DNA from: Asterias rubens
Taxonomy: Eukaryota
NCBI RefSeq assembly: GCF_902459465.1
Contig: NC_047075.1
Location: 13,020,001-13,084,000 of the forward strand
Length of the DNA stretch: 64,000 nt
Direction: 5' to 3'
Numbering within the stretch: position 1 is the stretch's first letter; each line of letters starts with the position of its first letter. The translations under genes and the position numbers were made by a program. This document shows, piece after piece, positions 49,427-62,285 of the stretch. The notes below the pieces were generated by a model that saw only the letters and a list, made by a program, of their open reading frames with translations, ran no database searches and was not told the DNA's origin.

Positions 49427-50098
49427 TCACACTTGCTCACACTGAATACGTACAGCCTCATGATAACTGTAATATGTGGGAATGACATCACACTCAACTG
49501 ATTCTATCCCTCTGACATAAACATGATCAATCAATGTTCCCTTCTCAGTAGTAGCATCCACAACACACTGCTTATAACCATGCTCTCTCATCATATTCAC
49601 AATACTTGATGACTGTGTACTTTTGACTTTCAGAATATCTTCATTGAAATCTTCCATTATGATACATCTGTTGGATACTTTGTGAAGTTCATCTAAAAGA
49701 TTTTTCAGACTGGACATGAATTCCCGAAACACATATGAAACTGGTCGATAGATAACAACAACTGTGAATGACACATTGGAAATGATATGAAATGCAATAT
49801 ACTCAATGTTTTGTACTGGCAATGTGAGTTTCATGGTTGCTTTGTCTCTTCTACTGTATACTGCTATACCACCATGACATTGCTGTTGTAATGTTTCAGT
49901 CAGCTGAGTGGAGTTATCATAAGAAAGACATCTTGGCTGATGGTAGCTTTTGAAGTTATCTAAGTGCAAGTCATACTGCTGTTGATCTTCAGTCCAGGTT
50001 TCTGTCAGACAAATGACATCTGATTTCATTATTTCACTGTTGCATTTCAAGTCCATATAATGAGCTCTCAAACCCTGGATGTTATGCAAAATGATGCT
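49427..50098 (-). pseudogene. Helentron C-terminal apurinic/apyrimidinic (EEP) endonuclease domain
   Basis: [32 protein letters not shown] (GDFN variant), [16 protein letters not shown] (SDH variant). It is in frame with the helicase C-terminus. Confidence 0.9.
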
Positions 50099-50149
50099 TA
50101 CAATAGCAGGTGTGTTTGTACAGCCAATACTTTGTTTATCAATAAATGA

Positions 50150-51530
50150 TGGCATATGCTTCAAAGAATCAGCAACAGCTTCATTACAGTATATGAATTT
50201 CTCATGAAAACCTTCAATGACCAGACCATTCAGTGATGTGACACGACTCAGACTAACATAAGCTTGCCCTGCAGTAAACGTTTTATCAAGACACACTACG
50301 GCTTTGTCTGTTGTCATTCCTTGTACCTTATGAGCTGTGCATGCCCAACTTAACTTCAATGGAAACTGATGACGTACCCATTTTTTTACCAATACTTTCT
50401 TCCTGAATCTCTATTGGTACACTATAACCTTCATTTGAAGATGATGCAAATTGTTTCCTCAACTTCATTCCAACCTTGTTGTTATCAAACTTAACATAGA
50501 TACATTTTACTTCATCAGATTTATTGTGTGACATTACTAATTGTGATACGGTACCAAACACTCCATTAACAAGGCCATCAGATACATCAATGTTCTTCGT
50601 TAGCATAACTCGAGCACCAACACCAAGCAACAGTGACAGTGGCAAGCTTCCAGACTTCTTTAAATTTGTTCCTTGTCTGAGCTTCTTAGCATTGTGTGAA
50701 TCTGTCTCATAATCCTTTGCTTCAATAAAAACACAATCTCAACACTGTGAATGCAGAATCTTCATGTTTTGTTTATCCACTTGTTTGTTACATGGGAGTA
50801 TATGGCAAGCCTCATTCCACTCTTCACCTGTCTCACGTTCTTTCAAAATTGTTACATCATCATCCTGTAAGGCTTCATCTTTCTTTCTAACTCTAAGTCT
50901 ATTGAGTATCTCTGCAAATTTTGCATCTTCCTTTTGCCTCATGATCTCATTCAGTTCAACTAACTTGAAATTGTCATTCCACAAATCACATGTTGCAGTT
51001 CTGTCATACAAAGGTTTTGCTTTCACTGGAGGTAACTGATAAAAATCTCCAACAGCTAAAATGCTGACATTGCCAAAAGGATTATGATTCCTGGATTGCT
51101 TAATCTGTCTTAGACGTCCATGGATGTAATACAATAATTTCTGACTAACCATTGAAACTTCATCTATAATCAAAATCTGCAGCTGACTGAGCTTACTACG
51201 AAGTGTACTGATCTTCTCTTCACCAAGTGGTTGATATGGTAGTCTCACATCTATTGGTATAGACAATGCATTATGATTGTAGCACCATGTACATAAAATG
51301 CAGCCACACCTGTAGGAGCAGTTAGCATTACAGACACATCGTCAGGATTTCTCATCATTGATCCCAGTATTCTGGTTGCTTCATAATCAATACACTTTAT
51401 TAACTGAGATTTCCCTGTACCTGCACCACCAGTAACAAACACTTGAAATGCTTCAGGGTTTGTACCATTAGTCTTGTCTATGCACCATTGCCGAATGTTG
51501 TAAAACACCTCTCTCTGTTTGGCATTTAAT
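50150..51530 (-). pseudogene. PIF1-family SF1B helicase domain
   Basis: [11 protein letters not shown] (Walker A), [18 protein letters not shown] (Walker B), [70 protein letters not shown]. Confidence 0.97.
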
Positions 51531-52347
51531 GACCTCATCATATTGAACGCATCTGACTTTGCTACTCTGGAGGTGTGAGCTTCAATGTCACAGACTCTCT
51601 CCTCTTTCTTATCACCTTTCAAGTCTGGAATACTCAACTCATCTTCACCTTCATCTATGACAGGCTGCATTTGCTCTTCACATTCATCTCTCTGCTGTTC
51701 AGTTTCTGGACTGCTTAATGCCCAAGCATCTTCCTGTACACCAAACTTCTCAAGGTGTAGCTCTGCATTTTCAAATGATTCAAGATCAACTTCAAATATG
51801 CAACGATTACTATCAACAATCTTTTTAACAGACTCTAATTTTTCAAGTAAATTGACAAACCCATTCTCATAAAAGTCACAATATGTTTCAAATGTTGGTG
51901 GTCTCAAATGGGCATTAATACGGTATGGGAGAAATAGCTGTAGAATACTTTGATAATACTTCTCAGGACATTTGGTGACTGAAAATCTTGGATATCTTAT
52001 GACAGCTGGATCAGTTCTGGAGCGTTTCATTACATGTCCCAAGTCATTCTTCAATGCATACACTGGTGACTGTCTCTTATTACTGGGTACTTTATAATTG
52101 TTGTACAGCACTCTGTACTCTGAATAAAATTTAGATAGACACATTGATTCAAATGTATCAATATCTGGCCTTGCTTTATAACGATCTATTCTGCTAATCA
52201 TCCACACGTTGTCTTCATTACTATCATCATCATCATTATCATCATGATTCCTTGCATTGTTCTGAATAACACTCAAGGGCAAGGTCATTCGTACTGAATT
52301 TTCTCCTAATGGTATGAACTCAACCTTTCTAGAACACTCTTGAAGTC

Positions 52348-54138
52348 TCAATGAACAACAGCGATAAACTGCTTCTTGGGCTGACACTTCCAATTTTGTA
52401 GATAAACACTCCCAATCTGTTTCATACTCTGTTTAGCATCTTGGTTACCTTCTTCAGCCTCACTCTGTGCATGCTTCAGTAATTGTCCCATCTCACGTTC
52501 TGCTTTGCTCATGTAACTGATAACATAACATACACACGCATAAACATCAGTGATAAATTGAATATCCATATTGGCATTCCAGCATCTTAACAAGTCAGGA
52601 TTGTAATGAGTAACCCAAGCATCTTGTGGCTCTCTTTTCAACACAATGTTCACTTTTTTAGTGAGCACATTATTGGCTTCTTCAAAATCATCCTGTGTTA
52701 TACCAATTGTTCTGAACAGTTCATCAGTTGTCATGTGTTGATTTTCCTCCTCATTAACAGCATTCCACACCGATTTCAACAATTCCTTAGCATCATGTTC
52801 AATTAGTGCATTATCAGAATTATCTTCACAATTATCCACGTCCATTGGCTCAGGATTGGCAATAAATGTTCTCATTGATGGCGGCCTTGGGAAATTGAAT
52901 CTACACTGTGTTCCTTTCTTCTTACATGACTTAGAATGTCTCTTACTATGTTGCTGTACACTGCTTACAATCTCATTCAACTCTTCATCTTCTTTCTTTG
53001 TTGGCAATGCACAACTTACATACCTATCAACAAACTGTGCCACTTCATCATCACTCTCTGTACTCAACTTAGGTGCATCTTCAATCCAAAATATACAATG
53101 AGTGTGCGGTGAGCCTCTTTGCTGGAATTCTACTCGATAAAAATAATTTTTCACTTTCCCAATTGGTGCTGCCTTTGACATGATCACATCTTTCAAAAAT
53201 GTATGAAATCGTTTATCAAACATTCTCGCGACAGTTACAGGATTACTCCTCAATAACAGACATTTGTCATTCCAATCTAATTCTTCAATACTCCTTGAGT
53301 CACCTTGTTGTATGAGTAGTGTATTGATTAATTCAGGCCATCTCATATCAGCTGCAGAAAATGAACAGAACCATGTTGGTATACCAAGCTGTCTTACCAT
53401 TGCTAATATATTCTTCTGACACGATTGCCAATACGGAGGAGTTCCTCTGATAGGTTTCAAGAACTTGTATCCCTGATCTGATTTCAACATGTCTTTCAAC
53501 TTGACTTTATCATTAAGCATTTTAGCAGTGACATTCTCACCATCATTCATTTTACCTGAGCCTTTTCTTAATGCAATAGAAACACTTGAAATGACTTGAT
53601 TTAATTCAGACAGATATTGAGCATAAAAGATGTACTGTGTACTCTTTGCAAATCTATTATCCACATTCATCAGTCTGTTGTTAAAATATCTACTAAGTGT
53701 TATCTCCACATCACGCTTATCACTAAATACTGGCCCACCTTTAGGGAACAAGACTGGAAAACATTTGCACTCATTAGATGGGTCCATAAGCACTCTGATT
53801 GGATTATTTCCTTCACATGGTGCTACACAATACACATCATCAAAATACTGATCCAAAACCTCTTGTCCAATATTTGCAGTCTGTAAACATGTATCTAAAG
53901 GTATTCCTCTCAAACGTTCTTCATCTGTTTCTATCTCATTAGCATTGTCATCATCAATATTGTCTCCAACATTCTCTGTAACTTCACTTCCATTATCTTC
54001 CTCTTCCAAATCATTATTCCAGTCTGCGTCTATTTCAATCTCATGGTACCACTTGTTATTGTGTTTCAGGTACTGTAAAGCAGTTTGTATGTGCTCCTTA
54101 TTCACAAATTGATACTGATAGTATCCTTTAAAAGTCAA
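52348..54138 (-). pseudogene. Helitron Rep (HUH endonuclease) domain
   Basis: [51 protein letters not shown] (HUH), [51 protein letters not shown] (Y..Y motif 3). Confidence 0.96.
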
Positions 54139-54869
54139 TTTCCGCTTGAGCTTGACACGTATTATTTGATCAACATTTTGAGATCTCGGTTAACATTTCA
54201 CTGTTTCAGACACATCTGATGGTACACATACTACAGGTCCATGTACACCATGCTGTCCACCTTTAGGTAATGCCATCAACTTTAGAAATGGAACATTCAG
54301 GGCAATTAGATGCTCTTCTAACTTATTCAAACATGCAAACTCTTCAGGAATGTCTACTACATGCAAATTATTACAAGAAGCTTCAGCAGGTATCTTATCA
54401 TTCAATAACTTGCGATGACATGTATAACATATCCACAAACAGGACCTGCTTGACTCACGCACAGTACACTGCAATCTACAATTATGATCACAATTGTGTA
54501 GATATTGTTCACTGATACAATCACTATTCTCATATTTATTCTTGTTACATTTGATGACTTGCTTACGAAACAACAGTCTCAAACACACTGCGCACACATA
54601 CTCTGGTCCATTCGATATTTCCATGTTAAACTCAGATATCACATGCTTTATATCACGTTTCTTCACTTTCTTAAGCATTGATCGACTCTTATTCTTTCTT
54701 TTAATACTCTTCCTGAATTCTTCATTTTTCTGATACTTGGATGTTGAAGCCTTCTTCACTTTATTTCTATAAAAAACATCAACATTATACATGTGAGCTG
54801 TTCTCTCAATTGTTCTTTTCTTGTATTGTGGGTTATGGCAATATTTCAATTTGATCCCATTAATAACTT

Positions 54870-55560
54870 TGTTCCTGAAAGTCTCATTTTCATGGTACTT
54901 TACTTTGCTTGCATTTTTCACATCACTCCTAAATTCATCATTTTCTTGATACTTCACTTTGCTTGCATTCTTCACATCACTCCTAAATTCATCATTTTCT
55001 TGGTACTTCACTTTGCTTGCATTCCTTACATCACTCCTAAATTTATCATTTTTTTGGTACTTTACTTTGCTTACGTTCTTCACATCACTCCTAAATTCTT
55101 AATTTTCTTGATACTTCACTCTGCTTGCATTTTTCAAATCACTCCTAAATTCATCATTTTCTTGGTACTTCACTTTGCTTGCATTCTTCACATTACTTCT
55201 AAATTCTTCATTTTCTTGATACTTCACTTTGGTTCCTTTCTTCACATCACTCCTAAATTCTTCATTTTCTTGATACTTCACTTTGCTTGCATTCTTCACA
55301 TCACTCCTAAATTCATCATTTTCTTGGTACTTCACTTTGCTTGCATTCTTCACATTACTTCTAAATTCTTCATTTTCTTTATACTTCACTTTGCTTCCTT
55401 TCTTCACATCACTCCTAAATTCTTCATTTTCTTGGTACTTCACTTTGCTTGCAGTCTTTACATCACTCCTAAATTCATCATTTTCTTGGTACTTCACTTT
55501 GCTTGCATTCTTCACTTTATTCCTCTAATTTTCCTTTTCTTTATACTTCATTTACTTGCA
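54870..55560 (-). repeat. Coding 54-bp tandem repeat (about 13 copies of KNASKVKYQENDEFRSDV) inside the Helentron ORF
   Basis: Visible in both DNA and translation. It is followed by a Cys-rich region CAVCLRLLFRKQV..WICYTCH..LPKGGQHGVHGPVVCVP. Confidence 0.92.
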
Positions 55561-56120
55561 TTTTTTACTTCTTCTTGAAACTTTAAATTAGTCTTGTACT
55601 TTCTTTGACTTTGATCAATTTCCATAGCCCTTTGTTTCTCACTGATATGATATTTTTCTTTATTTTGAACTTTCACTGACCCAATAAACTTTTCTCTGTA
55701 TTTCTCATCAAACTTGTATTTCTTTTTTTTGTGCTCTCTAATCTTTGCTTTCTTTGTCTCTCTAAAAACAACATCATTCTTGTATTTATCACTCTCATGT
55801 TTCCTTTTTCGACGTTTAGTCACTTCACTTTGACTAGTACTTGTACTTCCTCTACGTTTTTCTATCATCCGTTCTTTTGCTAATTGTCTGACTTTCACTA
55901 CATTTAGACGTTTTCTTTTGTTTGGAGTACTTCTTTTCACGGATTCTTTCCTTACTGTAGTCTTATCATTAGTACTCTTATTTGTAACCTGCTTCTCACA
56001 TTGTTCAGACTGTTTGTCATCACTCTGTTCAGTGTTTTCTGCACAGCCATCAAATGTTTTATAACAATCTTCTTGTTTTTTGTGAATATCACTTACTTGT
56101 GGCACCAACTCATTTACTGA

Positions 56121-56507
56121 TGTGACAACATCATAATGCACTCTGTGTTTGTGATCCAGATAAATTCCTATTTCAGATGTGTCAGCACTTCCCTCAACAT
56201 TCTTTGCAGAAAATTGACACCAGTTATATACTTCATCAAATGTGTATATATCAATACAAAGCATGTGGCTCATTGCCATAATTTCAACTTCTGTTGCCCA
56301 TGTACCAGTATCAAACATTCTCTGTCTAATTACATAATCCTCCACATCAGCATATCCATCTCGCAAAAAACATGTCAATTTATCAGCATTCCTCAACAGA
56401 TGATTGACACAAGCAACTCTCAATTGAACATGGTTACCTTCAGTTCCTGACATGGCAAATGATATAGCTCTGAAGAAACAATTACCATCACCGCTTATAC
56501 ATCTTAC
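56121..56507 (-). pseudogene. OTU-family cysteine protease domain
   Basis: ISGDGNCFFRAISF (catalytic Cys), GTWATEVEIMAMSHML, IYLDHKHRVHYDVV (catalytic His). Confidence 0.93.
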
Positions 56508-56960
56508 AGATCTGGGTTTACCTATGACTTGGCATTGTACATTAACTGTGTTGGACTTCAAGTGTGATACATCAAAACCATATGCATTACAAAGAGTGAC
56601 CTTAGCATCGAAGGTTAACGGAGAGAATTTCATAAGACCAGGTCCACTTACTTCAACTACTTCCACTTCATTACTGGATTCACTGTCTGCACTGTCACTA
56701 CAATATATATCTCTTCTAATCGGATTACTTGGCTTATCAAAATCATCTTCAACATTACAATATTCCTTATTTAAACTCTCTGTATCTTGATGACCAATAT
56801 TTACATCTTTTTTTGTGTTTGTGTCATCTGTCATCTGTGGTACTTCAAACAAGTCACACTCCTCCATATTAAAACACAACTCTATGGGTTCTACTATGCC
56901 CTGTTGATCACTTGAAATTTCATCATCTGTACATGTACACGTTACAGCCTCACCATTGAT

Positions 56961-57568
56961 ACAAAGAGATACACCAGTTAATTCATACTGCTCATTATCA
57001 GACAGATTCATGGAATGAGCTAAATTTTTACAATAGGTGTATACCTGTTCAAATGCATTCGCTTGCATCAGAATACTTGTTCCATCTTCAACCATACAGC
57101 CGTGGATACTTCTGGAATGGGAATCAAATACAAAATACATGCCATCTTGAGCAATTACAGCAAATGTGTTTCCATGGAAACTTATGAAGCATGCATGATA
57201 TTTCTGAAGATTTTGTTCAAGTGCAGTTTTCAATGGCATCATATTAAATTCAATCAAGTGACAAGCATTTTCAACAAATGTACCCGATACAGACACATGA
57301 TACTTCATACTATACTGTGTGTCAAACACATCCAAGTCAGTTGGCAATTCATTAATCAATAAGTAATGTTCAATGTTGAGCTTTCTTGTAAGAAACTATA
57401 CAATTCATTCCCAGTCTTGAGAATATTATCCAGATCACTACACATCCAATTCCTCAAATGTTTTTTCTTGCTATACATCATTGGCACTAGACAATTAGCA
57501 ACACACTGTTTACCACGATTTACTCCAAATCCTTCATCTCCTTGATGAAAACTTCCTTGTGCAAGTAT
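56961..57568 (-). pseudogene. Herpesvirus large-tegument-type (peptidase C76-like) deubiquitinase domain
   Basis: QGSFHQGD..FG.NRGKQCVANCL, W..SDLDNIL..GNELY, then across a 1-nt frameshift at ~57360 LLINELP..FAVI...YFVFDSHSR. The Cys and D-x-H catalytic pattern is present. Confidence 0.8.
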
Positions 57569-58208
57569 TGATCCATGTAATTGTCTTAATTGAGCATTTG
57601 CATCCAACATTTCATTACTGTTATCAACAACCACTTCGTCATGTTTATTTTTCACATTTCCTTTTAATTCAATATTCTTACACTTCCTTGGTTTGATTTT
57701 CATACGCCTTTTCTTAGTTACATGTACTGTGCCTTCATTCAAGCTTTCAACATATACTTCAGATTTTCTCTTACTTAACTTCTTGACATCATTGTCTATT
57801 TGACTGACCACTGGTAAACACACATGAGATTCAACAGTGCCTCCAGACTTTGACTCACTGATTTGTGTCCCTTTGCTCTTGGCTCTGCTTCAAATCATTT
57901 CCTTCACATTTATTTTTATTTTTCTTGTTCCTTAAATTATATCCTCCAGTTTGATGAACAGTATTTTGTTTCTTACCTGCAACATGAAATGCATACCTGT
58001 TCAGCACTTTATCAACAATTACATAATCCATAACGACATTATCAATTTGTAGCTCACCTTCAGTTACTTTGATTTTCGAATCGTCACTACAAGAATCACT
58101 GTCAGCAAACGACTCAACTACTTCTTCTTCCATGTTGCTCTCATATATGTTCTCATCTGTAGAAATTGCAAAATCATAAAACAAAGACATTGTGTAATTA
58201 CATCGTCC

Positions 58209-58358
58209 ACATTTGGAACACATCCATAATACTGGCTTGTTTACTACACAAAGTTGCACATTCGAAAATCCCATACAATGTACATGATATGCTACATCAC
58301 AGCTATTACATTCCATTGTTCTTACTGATGGACTCAATTTTTCATCACATATCCAACA
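58209..58358 (-). pseudogene. PHD finger (C4HC3)
   Basis: CWIC..MECNSCDVAYHVHC..WMCSKC. Confidence 0.88.
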
Positions 58359-59882
58359 CTGACTAACTTCCCTTTTCTTTTGAACCTCAATGCTTTGTTT
58401 CTTACAGAAAATCCTTGCTTTTTGATTCTCCTTTACTACCTTTGTACACACACTCTTCTTATTGAAGCTTTCTCTGTCATTATGCTTCCTTCTGTGCAAT
58501 ACCGTCTCAGCAAGCATGTTATTCAGAACAAAACTCAAACTTCTTCTTGTATGACTTTCAATATTCTTCCGTGCCTTGTCATATTTCTCTCCCTCTTCTT
58601 TGGACATACAAACTTCCACCACCTTGCCATTCTTATGCCTTCGTAGCATCTTCTTCCGCTCATTTCTTCTGATCTTCTTTGTGTTGGGTTTTGAAACTTT
58701 CTTCTCATGACAATACTCTATTACACATTCCAGTACCTGACTCCTGCTACAACAAGTTTGTTTCCTTGCCTGCAACTCACCCAATGCTTTCCAATTACTT
58801 ACTCTTTGTCTGGTCATTCTCTTCACTCTGAAATTCTTCAACTTCATCACTTTCCTTTCCAGCTCATGGCAACCACTTTGACACATTTTACTAATCCAGC
58901 CTCTTTGTCATGCCTTACTTTATTGCCCTTTTTCCTATCTCTCAACTTACTATCCTCTGTTACCTTCTTTATCTCTCTCGTTACTTCCACAATTTTTCTC
59001 ATACCTTCCTTCTTGTGTGCCACCATCTTCAACTCCAAGCTTGCCTTCAGCACTTCCACCACATTTTCTTTCAGCAGATGTCACAGATTTCATTTGAGCT
59101 TCATAGTCAGACTTTATTAACGCTTTGTATTCATAGCTTGATTCATAGTTTGTTGCACCTTTTCGACTGCTCACACTGCCCCGAGGAGGTGCCAACCTCA
59201 AGTCAGGTACATCTTTTAGACTGTCCTTACTGACTTCAGGAGATGTCAACCTTAAGTCAGATCTATGTACATCTTTTAGACTGTCTTTAATGTCTTGAGG
59301 AGATGTACAAAATCCCAAACCATTACAAGTAGGAAGGGAAATGTCACATGGACAGTGAGAGACATCAGTCCATGGACAGGACAATCTCTTTTCAGCCATC
59401 TGCTTTGCTCGAAACTGACACACTGCCTCTCTCTTTGCTTGCAGTTTAGCCCGGTACTTTGGCATAATCTATTGAAAAGTAAATGATACAACATTAAAAA
59501 GAAAACCAAGAAGCAAAAGTTTCAATAACCACAACAAAATATTACAAGCTAAGGCCTGAAAAATCATTTTGACACAGGCACTTTCACCTCAAAAGAATAA
59601 AAAAAGATCACATTCCATATCAACAACATAAAATCTCTAAGTCTCACTCATGACTATTTAAACTGACATAACCCCCCAAGCAAGAACAGTGGAGTGGCTG
59701 TCACAGTTATGTCATACTAATCCCTCCAATCAGTGTAAATGGCATGGACGGTTACCATTGCATTTACATGACAATATTGTTCATCCCCCCCCCCCCCCCA
59801 TCATGCCTAGGCTACAAGAATGAAAACATATGAGTCTTTTTTTCATTTTTCATTATTCATTATTTTCTTATTGATCATTCTG

Positions 59883-60107
59883 TTGTTGATGCAGCCATCG
59901 GTCAATTGCGCAGCCATTGACCAAACACGCAAAGATCGACTGATTGCGCAAAACCATTCCTGCACAATCAACTGACCATGCAAAACCATTCCTGCACGAT
60001 CAACTGATCGAGCAAAACCATTCCTCCATGATCAGTCTGTTCTAAAAAACATGTCCGTTGCACAATTGATCAATGGCTGTGCAATTCACTGATGGCTGTG
60101 TCAACAA
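59883..60107. mobile_element. MITE with ~40-bp imperfect TIRs and internal ~32-bp repeats
   Basis: ttgttgatgcagccatcggtcaattgcgcagccattga vs tcaatggctgtgcaattcactgatggctgtgtcaacaa; aaaaccattcct occurs three times inside. Confidence 0.7.
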
Positions 60108-62039
60108 TAGATCTTCAAATAGCACAGTGCATTCAGTCAATCACTCAAATTGAGCAATCGTGCACAACTCACAACATGCAGATTGAGCAATGACAGGGAC
60201 ACCGTGGATGGCAATGATCACTTTATAGCTCACCACTGAATAATATAACGGTTTGCAGCATGGTGTAGGTTTTAATATGTCATTATGATCGTTTACCACC
60301 AAGTGTTTAGATAATTTGAAACTTCAAATCTATGATGAAGCTGTGCCCTTTTTCCAATAATGATTGAAAACAAATAAAAATAATAACAATTTTCAGTGGT
60401 AGTCTTTTGGACTTGCAGGCATTACACGCAAATCTACAACTTTTGTTCTCATAGCCTTGTCATCTCTCCATACTCTCCTCTCCCCCTAGCCCTGCAGCCC
60501 TGTTTTTCTCTAGAGCTCTTATTTTAATTGTTCGTAAACTATTTTTGTTTAATACTACTTACTACGCCTAACACTACACAACAAAAAAAAACAACAAAGA
60601 ACCACATCTATAATTATTATTTAATCATCTAAAATAGTCAAACATCTCACAAATCATTCATGACCAACCTCCATGCAATAACTAACTACTTCATTCTCAA
60701 GTACACAGGAGACCGAACCCCCCCCCCCAAAAAAAAAAAAAAAAAAAACAACAACAAAAACAAACAAACAAACATAAGAAACTCATGTCAAATTCACAGT
60801 ACAGTCACGTAGTAGTAGTACAGGCTTATCAATCAGCCAACTGGTATGGTTGCCACACACATTTTAAATTCATAATAAGCTACACACTATTGATTTCACG
60901 TTTCCAAGTCGCTTTATATTTATGATTTATTTTAGCTATTGTCATTCTTACAACTTACACTCTAGCAGCCATCTTCCATAACTGTAGCCGAAGTCGCTTC
61001 GGACAAGGTATCCCACCATGCACTTGGCAAGTTCATGACATCACGCATACAAAAATTGAGCAGCTCGCAGTTCATGTCATGAATATAAACATGTAGGTCA
61101 CGAACATTGTTTTATACAACAATGCAATGTCAATCCCGTTACATACACAACAAAAGGTCTCAAACAAAAAAGGATCATAAAACAGATACTTTCACCAAAC
61201 TGATACCAGCATGTAGTAGTATTACTGCAACCGAAATAATTATAGCCAGCCCACTGATATTATTAGAGAGTGATGAGCCACCCGCGTATTTCCGGAAACT
61301 TTTTTTTTTTTCTGCAGTCCAAATTGCCACTGTCGTAGTGCTTTTGAATGAGCAATTTTTTTTTCCAAATCGATTCAAAAAAGGGAATCCTTAAACAGAA
61401 TTAGCAAAATTTTTGAAGATGGCAATTTTAAACTGCAGAAAAAAAACGCTTTCCAGAAATGACAGCCGTGTATTCCGTGAATTAGAACGCATGCAGTACA
61501 GGGAGGTGGAAAATGGCTCATTTCATTTCTGTACATGAGTCCGTCTACTATCAGACACAACTTTCACATTTTTATTAAAAGATAATATTGACATTTATAA
61601 AACAAACATTAACCACGTACAAAAAATGTTAGTCAATATCACAAAATGAGCAGCAAACACAGTCACACAGTGTGTGTATGCAATTTGGCATGTGTATACG
61701 CTGTTTATATACTAAATGTTCTTAAACTGTTACTCTGAACATCATGTTTATCTTCAATGCAATGTAAGAGTCATGTGAACTAGGAGAAGTAATTGAACCT
61801 CGTTCTCATCGTCGGTTTCAATCACGCACCACATTTTCGATTGCTGCATGCCCCAATAAAAGGAAGTTAAATAAACTCCACGAAACGTATACTGCATGTT
61901 AAAAAGGCACTGCACATATTATGCAAGACGCATCCATCATTTTTAATTGTGATATTATCTTGTGCAAGTTCGCGTGGCCAACTAGAGTGACTACACAGCA
62001 CTCGAGTTGAGTAGATCGACCATGCGCGCCTCAGTGTGC

Positions 62040-62285
62040 TCATGGCTCTGCTTACCGTAAGCAAAAAATCTGCGCTTGTGGAAGCAGAAAATTCCGCACT
62101 TACTTAAGCGTGTTTTCCCGGGTTAGCAAGGACTTTTTGCTTGTGCGCGTGCGTAGTTCACGTAACTAAAGATTTCTCGCTTATACAGCTAGCGCAGAAA
62201 TTCGGCGCTAACCTCGTAAGCGGCGAATGGTCTTCGTAAGCGCAGAATGATGTAGTAAGCAGAGCTATGAAAATGAAATTGGGCC
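62040..62285. mobile_element. MITE (ctcatggctctgctta ... taagcagagctatga..ttgggccc)
   Basis: Terminal inverted repeats; homologous to 34430-34665. Confidence 0.7.

Larger units (their letters stand above)
49427..59468 (-). mobile_element. Autonomous-type Helentron (Helitron2 with endonuclease), coding region decayed; termini not identified
   Basis: Colinear minus-strand ORFs join through about seven 1-nt frameshifts (~58900, 57860, 57360, 55550, 52395, 51270, 50390) and three nonsense codons (55099, 54190, 50739) into one ~3,300-aa polyprotein with HUH Rep, PIF1 and APE domains. A splice acceptor ttttcaatag precedes the ORF at about 59469. Confidence 0.92.

Noticed and set aside
54793-55578. 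261-aa hydrophobic plus-strand ORF resembling a membrane protein
   Set aside because: It is the antisense shadow of the Helentron 54-bp coding repeat. The same applies to the other short plus-strand ORFs across 49150-59500.
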